Below, one piece after another: positions 54,310-64,000 of a DNA stretch of 64,000 nucleotides. The notes below the pieces were generated by a model. It was not told the DNA's origin, did no database searches, and saw nothing but the letters and a program-made list of their open reading frames with translations. A program made the translations under genes and the position numbers. The stretch comes from the human T2T-CHM13v2.0 reference genome, Homo sapiens. The DNA lies in the NCBI RefSeq assembly GCF_009914755.1, contig NC_060936.1. One strand, 5' to 3'. Within the stretch, counting starts at the first letter, position 1, and the number at the start of each line of letters is the position of its first letter.

Positions 54310-54639
54310 AAAAGCAAAGGTGTCAAATCTCAGCCACTCAAGTGAACAGTCTATGACTGTTAGGCATCATCATTATTCCTGACTCTAAATTCACATGCCA
54401 CCAATAATCAATCATTTTTTGTGCTTATTCATACGTAAGTACTTAACAGTAAAAAATATGACATACCATTAACACACTGAAAAAATCACGTGCTCATGGT
54501 AACTTACCAGCCCGGTGACTTCACCGGAACACGTGTATCAGCTGTGAAACAACAACAACAACAAACAACAGCAGGCTTTCAGCCACCACCTACAATGCTG
54601 TGTTTTGATTAATAGGTTACTGTGCATTGTATTTTATTT

Positions 54640-56055
54640 TTTTAGGTGAGAAGTAACATCAGAAGCAGTTGAGACACCAGGAATTGGGTGCTCTAGGGAT
54701 GATGAGAGAATCTGCTGGATGGCTTTTAACAATGTTTCCTCCAGAGCCTTCTGCCTCATTAACAATGGTTTTATTTTAGAAATCTCTCTTTGATTTTATA
54801 AATGGACATGATTTCTTGTTCTGTTATGAAGGCATTGCTGCTCCAGTCCTTCAATACGTCCATCACATACTTTAACCATGTTGTCTATAGACACTTTATC
54901 TGCAGTGTTAACAGCATCATCTTCATTGTCGCTATTATCACCATTACCTTAATTCAGAATCTTTTTGGCTATTTCACTATTGGTCAACGAATGAACAACT
55001 GGAGTCTCATTCAAGAAAGTTTTTTATGTTTATTCTCCATCAATCTAGGGATAGCCTAGTCACATGGCTGAATTAATGAAGTCACACTTAAAGGAAAGCA
55101 CACAGTATAAACTTTATTTTTGATAAGAATTTCAGCGGAAAGATGAGCAGAACAGCTGTCAAGGAATAACAAATCTTGCAGTTATCATCTAGTCCAGCCT
55201 CCTCCCTGCAGAGACAGCAAGCTGCTGGTACAAAATGATTGTGAAACCAATCAGAAAAGGTGTCACTGGTGATCCATGCCTTTTTGTTAACATAATAATA
55301 GACTGGTAAGAAATTCACTTCTTGAAAACAGAGAAGGCACAAGCTTTTGCATATTACACCGATTTTATTCTTACGCATGCCTGACACATTAGCACATACA
55401 TCCCAGCATAGTTATTCTGTCTTTGGCATTCTTGTAGAAGCTGTCTCATCAGCTTTAGTCAGTGTCTTTCTTGGGCAATAACACTAAAACAGTGATGTTT
55501 CATCAGCATTATAGAGTTGTTCTGGTGTCAGATTTTCATCAGCAATGATCTTGGCAAACTCATCAATGAATTTTTTCACAGCTTCATGAACAACAGATGC
55601 TTTATCACCACAATTTTAAAAAAAAATGTAATACCATGTCTTTTCTGAGCCTGTTGAATATTCAAAGCTATCTTTTATTCTCAGTTCATCTTGATAGATC
55701 GTTGCTTGTTTCATGATCAGCATACCATTAAGTGGCATATGTTCACTGCAACCCTGACAGATCCACTCTTTCAATACACGATTGAGATCTTCATGTTTAG
55801 CTGTATACGATTTTCTAATGTTTATTAACTTCGGTTCATCATTGTCAGCATAAAACTTCAACAATATGTCCTTCTGTTTCTTCAGGTCATATGTAGTGGT
55901 CATTCCAACACCATACTCTTCTATATGATATTTCACTCTTACACTGCTGTCTAGTTTCACCAACAGCATGACTTTCTGTGCTTTCAATAAACACAAATGC
56001 TTCCTCTTTTCTTATCACTGTTACCCCTATGGGTATCTGCAGACATTTGTGACAT
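54640..56055 (-). pseudogene. Tigger4 transposase remnant (CENP-B-type HTH plus DDE domain; JRK/TIGD family)
   Basis: ATG at 56055 (MSQMSADT..DKKR), HTH segments EEYGVGMTTTYDLKKQK and LNRVLKEW..PLNGMLIMKQA, DDE_1-like NKKAWITSDTFSDWFHNHFVP; frameshifted. 3' boundary approximate. Confidence 0.85.
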
Positions 56056-57649
56056 TTTCAACAGTATCTTTGCACCACAGAGGAGAGAATAGGCAAAAAA
56101 CACAGGGAGTAGTCCATATAGGTCTTGGTCCCACGTGAGCCATCGTGGGGAATCCGTCATTGTTGTGCCTGGCTTGCACATGTGCCAGTTCATTACCCTT
56201 TTTGGATGCACTTGCATGTGGGAATCTGGACATGTGCAGAAAAGATATACTGTAGCTGAATGGAGTTGGACGGGTTTTTTTTTGGTCCTTGGGGACTTTG
56301 AATAAACTGTGAATAAACAATAAGATAATTCAATTTCATCTTAATTTCACCTTTTAACAATGCCCTCCTTCAGAGGAATCAAGGTAATTAGCAAATTTGT
56401 AGTGAGCTTGCGTTTTGACTCCTACCCATCGTATGAGATCAGGTGTGGAATTTTGTACTTGTGGCATCATGTTGGTTTCAGATTTTGGAGCATTTCAAAT
56501 TTTGAATTTCCAGATTAGGGATGCTCAACCTGTTGTTTAAACAGTCACTTAACCAAAGTAACAATACCACAAATTTCTATGAAATCATTATCATTGATCT
56601 AGAACCATTGGTCAACATTATTCCTTGTTCTAATACTTCTAGAACTCTTGAGCACAAATAACGTATCTTTGCAAAAATAGCTGTTCATTTCTATTGCCAC
56701 TCTAACCTCTTTACAACTTGAGTTGAATGTGACTATTTTTTTCCTTACGTTACAAAACCAAAATATAACATAGTAGGATTATAAAAAACTATCCAACAAA
56801 TACCTAGATGAGGTTTCAAAAATGTTATTTTTACTAACTTTGCCAAACTGTAAGGCAAAAATGAAATGAGATTTTCTTGCTGTGAAAAGAGTAGCCTGAG
56901 TCCTTCCATTGTCCACAGACAGAATACAGCAGCACAATGCAATCACCTTCAGAGAACAAAAAAATGTGGCTAATCAATAACCACATTTAAGCACTGATCC
57001 CAGTCCAGAAGCACAGCCTCACCAAAGACTGAAACCTAATCATAGACTATAGAAGGCTTTCCCTCCTCCTCACCTTACCACCACATTACTAAAGACCTAT
57101 TTACAGCAATAGGTCTTAGAGACAGAGCAAGCATCAGAACCAGACTCAGATAAATCAGGGATGTTGGAATTAACAGACTGGGAATTTAAAACAACTATGA
57201 TTACTGTGCTCAGGGCTCTAATGGGTAAGGTAGACAGCAGGCAAGAACAGATGGGTAATGTGAACAGAGAGATGGAAATTTTAAGAAGGAACAAAAAATG
57301 CTAACAATCAAAACCACTGTAACAGAAATGAAGAATGCATTTGACAGACTCATTAGCATGCTGGACATAGCTGAGGAAAGAATTTCTGAACTTGAGGATA
57401 GCTCAGTAGAAACCTCCAAAACTGAAAAGCAAAAAGAAAAGACTTTTTAAAACACAGAACAAAATATTCAAGAATTGCGGGACAACTATAAAAGGTGTAA
57501 CATACACATAATGCAAATACCTGAAAGATGAGAAAGAAAGGAACAGAGGAAATATTTCAAACAATAACGTTGAGAATTTCCACAAATTAATGTCAGACAT
57601 CAAATCACAGCCAGGAAGTTCAGAGAATGCCAAGCGTGATAAATACACC

Positions 57650-58673
<1,024 letters not shown>

Positions 58674-58793
58674 TACCTAGGTGTAGCATTTTCAAACTAT
58701 AGAAAATCAAAGATAAAGAAAAAATCTTAAAAGAAGTCAGAAGAAAAAAAAAGAGCAAAAATAAGAAGAATATCTAACTTATCAGAAACTATG

Positions 58794-59560
58794 TGTATTA
58801 GGATTTTCCAGAGAAATAGAATTGATAGGCCGGGCACGGAGGCTCACTTCTATAGTCCCAGCACTTTGGGAGGCCGAGGCAGGCAGATCACGAGGTCAAG
58901 AAATCGAGACCATCCCGGCCAACATGGTGAAACCCCGTCTCTATTAAAAATACAAAAATTAGCTGGCCATGGTGGCACACGCCTGTAGTCCCAGCTACTC
59001 AGGAGGCTGAGGCAGGAGAATTGCTTGAACCTGGGAGGCAGAGGTTGCAGTGAGCCAAGGTCTCACCACTGCACTCTAGCCTGGTGGCAGAGCGAAGACT
59101 CTGTCTCAAAAAAGAAAAAAGAAAAGAAAAGAAAAGAAATAGAATTGATAGTATATACATACACTCACATATATATATACATACGTGTGTGTGTGCGTGT
59201 GTGTATTGAGATATTGACAGGAACAAAAAGAGATTGAGATTTGTTATGATAAATTTGATCACACAGTTTTGGAGGCTGAGAAATCCGTAATCTGTCATCT
59301 GCAAACTGGAGATTCAGGAAAGCTGGTGGTATAATTCTAGTCTAAATCTGAAAACTGACCAGGGGAGCTGATGATGTAAATCCCTGTCCAAGTGCAGGAG
59401 AAGATTGATGTCCCAGTACAAGTAGGCAGGTAGGAAGATAAAAGGAGAAAATTCCTCCTTCCTTCACCTTTTTGTTCCCTTCAGACCCTCAATGGATTGC
59501 ATGATGCCCACTTACATTGGGGAGGGAAATCTACTTTACTGAGTCCACCTATTCTCATGC
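58794..59560 (-). mobile_element. Partial MLT2 LTR containing an AluSc
   Basis: tgtattaggattttccagagaaatagaa, ctgcaaactggagattcaggaaagctggtggtataatt and tgatgcccacttacattggggaggg; truncated at the L1 junction. Confidence 0.8.
58828..59134 (+). mobile_element. AluSc
   Basis: gatcacgaggtcaagaaatcgagaccatcc; 16-bp TSD agaaatagaattgata (58812, 59135). Confidence 0.95.
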
Positions 59561-60770
59561 TTATTTATAAACAGGAACAAAGGACAAGGGCAATGAATAG
59601 AAACAGTAACAAATATGGTAGATATTAATTCAACTATATCGGTAATCACTTTTTATGTCAATCGTCTAAATGTACTAATTAAAAGATAGAGATTTTTAGT
59701 GTGGATCAGAAAAACGACTCAACTATATATTGTTGATAAGAAGCTCATTTTAAATTAAAAAAACACTTAAATATTGAAATTAAATGGGTGGAGAAAATAT
59801 ACTATGCTAACACTAATTTAAAAAAAGCAAAAGTAGCTATATTAATTTCAGGCAGAGCAGACTTCAGAGCACAGAAAGCTATCAGGGATAAAGATGGGCA
59901 TTATATAATGATAAACAGTTAATCCATCAAGCAGACATAGAAATCCTAAACATGTATGTGCCTAGCAACAGAGCTTCAAACTATGTGAGGCAAAGCTGAC
60001 AGAACTTCAAGGAGAAATGAATCCACTATTATAATCAGAGACTTCAACCCCTCTTTACCAGAAATGGGCGGATCTAGCAGGCAGAAAATTAGTAAAGACA
60101 TAAAGTAACAATATCGTCACCTGGATATAATGAAAATCTATAGACTACTTCCTCTAACAACAGCAGAATATCCATTCTTCTTAAATTCACATGGAACATT
60201 CATCAAGATAGAGCATATTCTGGGCCATAAAAAACACCTTAACAAATTTAAAAGAAGAGAAACCATACAATATCTGTGCTCAGACCACAGTGGAATTCAA
60301 CTAGAAATTGATAATAGAAAGATAGGTGGAAAACCCTAAAGAACTTGGACATTAAACAGAATACTTCCAAATAACACCTGGGTCAAAGAATAAATCTCAA
60401 GACAACATAAAAATAGTTTGAACTAAACGAAAATAAAAATTAGACTTAAAATTTGTGGAATGCAGTTGAAGGCAGTGCTTATAGGGAAGGGAAATGCGTA
60501 GCACTGACTATTAGAAAAAGAGAAAGATTTAAGATCAATCACCTAAGTTTCCATTAGGAAACTAGAAAAAAAGCAAGTTAAATCCAAAGTAAGCAGGACA
60601 AGAGAAATAATTAAAAAATTGAAGCAGAAATCAATGGAAATTAAATCAGGAAATCATTAAAGAAAATCAACAAAACCAAAAGCTGGTTCTTTTGAAAAAT
60701 GTTGGGTTAATAATCATATTATGTTAGCAACTGACATTAAAAATAAAAAGAAATGTTTTTATATGTAACT

Positions 60771-61347
60771 TGTGAAAGGAAAACAAAATCTTGGGACCCC
60801 AAACTCACTGTGCCAAAGGGAAAACTTTAAGTGTGGACACTGAGTCATGCAGAAAACTGCCTTTTCTTTTGTTCCTGAACAGATAGCTGCAAGATAGAAG
60901 GCCACATATCTCCCAGGTGGCCTCCGTAACCCTGACAAGGTAAGTTAACAGCTTTTCTTCACAAGTATGGGACAAAGACAAGACTAGAAAACTTTCCTCT
61001 ACCCACCCTGAGACAAAGGCATATTTGACTTCTTTCTCTACTCCATGTTTACTTTATCTTATGTAAATTGCAGATTTACTGAGCATTGGACAAATGCATA
61101 ATTGACTGTTCCTCTATCTCCTCCTTCCATACACAACATGTGGATTCAGTGAGCTTTAATCAAAGCCTCACAAGCATGTGACCACTTACTTTACTACATA
61201 CCCTCTCTCTTTTTTCCTTTTTTCCCTTTAAATATTGAAGCCCTCTAAACTCTCTTTGGAAAAAGTGTTGGCCACAGATCCTACCGTGACTTGTGTCTTT
61301 TTTTCCAGAGCACGTCCTCAACCTTGGCAAAATAAACCTGTAAATTA
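60771..61347 (+). mobile_element. MER4-group ERV1 LTR (3'-truncated)
   Basis: tgtgaaaggaaaacaaaatcttgggaccccaaactcact..ccaaagggaaaa ... cctcaaccttggcaaaataaac. Confidence 0.8.
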
Positions 61348-61530
61348 CATTACATACTTTTGATAGAAAATATATGAGAAAGAACAATATCACACAAAAC
61401 TAGCTTCCTAAACTGGCTGATCATGACACTTCAAGAACACAAGAGAATGACTAGTTTTCTGTGACCATTATTATTAAAATTCAGAATCATGAAGTGGACC
61501 AGCAAATATCCCTTCTAAGATCAAGTTATT

Positions 61531-61825
61531 TGCCAGGTGCCATGGCTCAGGCCTATAATCTCAGCACTTACGGAGGCCGAGGCGGGCGGATCATTTGAGG
61601 TCAGGAGTTCAAAACCAGCCTGGCCAACATGATGAAACCCCCTCTCTACTAAAAATACAACAATTAGCCAGGCGTGATAGTGGGCACCTGTAATCTCAGC
61701 TACTCAGGAGACTGAGTCAGGAGAATTGCTTGAGCCCAGGAAGTGGAGGTTGCAGTGAGCTGAGATCATAGCACTGCACTCCAGCCTGGGTGACAGAGTG
61801 AGACTCCATCTCAAAAAAAAATAAA
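61531..61825 (+). mobile_element. AluS (Sx/Sz-like)
   Basis: Full dimeric Alu with A tail; TSD aagttatt. Confidence 0.95.
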
Positions 61826-62169
61826 AAGTTATTAGACTCCATTGAAGAGCCTATTAAATACCCCAAATCATGTCTGTGAGCCAAATTAAAGTATGAACAT
61901 TCTTTATCAGACAATTCAAAAGCACGTATGTGCTTACATGGCTTATGACCAAAATAGCCCTTTAAAAAAATAGCTTCATGGAAGCAGAAATTTCTATTGC
62001 TGCTTATAGCCATATACCTGCAACAGAAAAGAAAAATTTTCCCAAGCAATGTTAAGCATCTACCACATACATCACATTATTCTTTCATAAGCAATATGTG
62101 TTTGCCTTGAAATATGTTTCATTCAATTCATATTATTTGTGGGAAGCTGTAAAGAATTGAAACTAAGAG

Positions 62170-62340
62170 AGTGTGGCCTCGGGAGCCAGGCAATGAGGGT
62201 TTCAATCCTCAGCTCTGCTGCTTACAGCCTGGGAAACCTTGGGTCAGTTTCACCTCTCTGCACCTCTATGTTGTTCTCAATTGTAAAATGGGAAGAATAA
62301 TAGTATTCATTCCATAGTACTATTCTGAAGACTTAAACTG
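62170..62340 (+). mobile_element. MIR
   Basis: aatcctcagctctgctgcttacagc..accttggg..cacctctctgcacctc..tgtaaaatgggaagaataatagta. Confidence 0.75.
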
Positions 62341-62403
62341 GTATTTTGTTATTGTATGTCACCCAAACAGATCTATCTCTTATGCTTACAAAGAGGGGAT
62401 ACC

Positions 62404-62806
62404 TGTGAGGAAGAACATGTGGTGTTTGGTTTTCGGTTCCTGTGTTAGTTTGCTGAGAATAATGGCTTCCAGCTTCATCCACGTCCCTGCAAAGGAAAGG
62501 AACTCATTTTTTATGGCTGCATAGCATTCCATGGTGTATATGTGCCACATTTTCTTTATCCAGTCTATCATATGGACACAGGGAGGGGTACATCACACAC
62601 CGGGGCCTGTCGGGGGGTGGGGGGAAGGGGGAGGGAGAGCATTAGGACAAATACCTACTGCATGTGGGGCTTAAAACCTAGGTGATGGGTTGATAGGTGT
62701 AGCAAACCACCATGGCACATGTGTAACTGTGTAACAAACCTGCGTGTTCTACACATGAATCCCAAAACTTAAAGTAAAATGAAAAAATAAATAAATATTT
62801 TTTTAA
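62404..62806 (+). mobile_element. Short L1PA with 5' inversion
   Basis: 62404-62571 is antisense ORF2 end, 62572-62806 is sense 3'UTR plus tail; perfect 14-bp TSD aaagaggggatacc (62390, 62807). Confidence 0.93.
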
Positions 62807-63758
62807 AAAGAGGGGATACCATGGTTGGGTGAGGTTATGTGATTTCCCTGTAGTCGCAAAGTGAGTAAGCATCAGAGGTTGGCTCGGTGTGCACCTGCTT
62901 TACAGCATGTGTCCTTATTTTTTCTGGAATCTTTGGGACCACACTTGCTTAGCAGAATATGATCTTCCAGAGAGAAGCAGGAAGACTGTGTGGACCCTAG
63001 ACCTGACACAGCACACAAACACTTGGTTTGTGTTCAATATACAGGCTGGCTGAACAGGAACACTAATGGGAAGAGGAAGGAGGCTACGAACAGCACAATT
63101 GCAGGTTATGTGATCATTTACTTTCTATTCAATGTCAAATTTTGCATAAATTCTTTGGCTATGCCCTGAGGTAATTACTATGCACAAACTACTTGCAAAT
63201 TAACTACATATTAAAGGGCATAGAGCAGACAAAAGAGTTATATCTTACCATAAAAGTCTGCAACCATTTCAGTCCACCTCCCTTTTGCTGTCCATGCATT
63301 TTTACTCCATCACCCCCCACCACTCTTTATTTAATCCAATTTTTCTTCAGAAGATTTTTTTCCCACCTCTCTCAAAGTTTTGCTCTTGAATGAGGTCTCT
63401 CTGGGAAAATGTTTCTGTAAGACTTCACTTACCAGAGTGAGTTAATATAAAAGAAACTTCTATTTTAGTACTTAGAAAATATATGGGGCCTTGTGTATAA
63501 CAGTTAAATGTACCCAAATGGCACTGAGAGGTGATGACTAATTTACTCAGATCTCGTGTCTTCGTTCCTCATTCTTTCTCCCTCACGTTCCAATATCAAA
63601 TTCCTTGTAATCATACTAATAATACTGACAGAAATAATACCTACCTAGAAAACTGACTATTTAAATATTTAAGAAATGGAGAAAATGAGGAGAATCTGGA
63701 ACAAACTAAACTGAGTCCCTTTTAGCAAGCTCTGGACTGAATTCATCCCTGACCACCA

Positions 63759-64000
63759 TGTTTATTTGTTTTTGTTTTGTGTTTTCTGTTTTTGTTTTTG
63801 TTTTTTTTGAGACGGAGTTTCACTCTGTCGCCTAGGCTGGAATGTAGTGGTGTGATCTGACTCACTGCAACCTCTGTCTCCCGAGTTCAAATGATTCTCC
63901 TGCCTCAGCCTCCCGAATAACTGGGATTACAGGCACCTGCCACTACACCCAACTAATTTTTCATATTTTTAGTAGAAATGGGATTTCACCATGTGGGCCA
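63759..64000 (-). mobile_element. AluS, cut by the window end
   Basis: T-rich tail then gagacggagtttcactctgtcgcctaggctgg ... tttcaccatgtgggcca. Confidence 0.95.

Larger units (their letters stand above)
53913..56532 (-). mobile_element. Near-complete Tigger4 (Zombi)-like pogo DNA transposon
   Basis: TIRs caggttgaatattcct / agggatgctcaacctg, MER46-type ends and an internal transposase remnant. Confidence 0.9.

Overview
Primate (human/hominoid-like) non-coding genomic DNA, very rich in transposable elements. I recognise no host protein-coding exon, RNA gene or CRISPR array. Every ORF with recognisable motifs comes from a transposon (L1 ORF2, HERV-H pro/pol, THE1-int, Tigger transposase); the remaining ORFs look like low-complexity, Alu or chance artefacts. 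The centrepiece is a two-LTR HERV-H provirus (44149-50584, TSD CAGCT) inserted near the U3 end of an oppositely oriented ERV9/LTR12 solo LTR (TSD ATGG). This places the LTR12 CCAAT array back-to-back with the LTR7 5' LTR. The 3' LTR7 carries an extra 51-bp copy of the block holding the SOX-like motif, and the proviral leader carries a 4x60-bp array. Other large elements are a complete THE1 (both LTRs with DUX4 motifs) nested in Tigger3a, a 4.2-kb L1PA3/4, a near-complete Tigger4 and two 5'-inverted L1s. Several templated-insertion or template-switch scars are visible. I find no evidence for a new coding system; the best candidate for something undescribed is the composite LTR12/LTR7 regulatory module. 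Subfamily names come from recalled consensus sequences and need RepeatMasker/Dfam confirmation.
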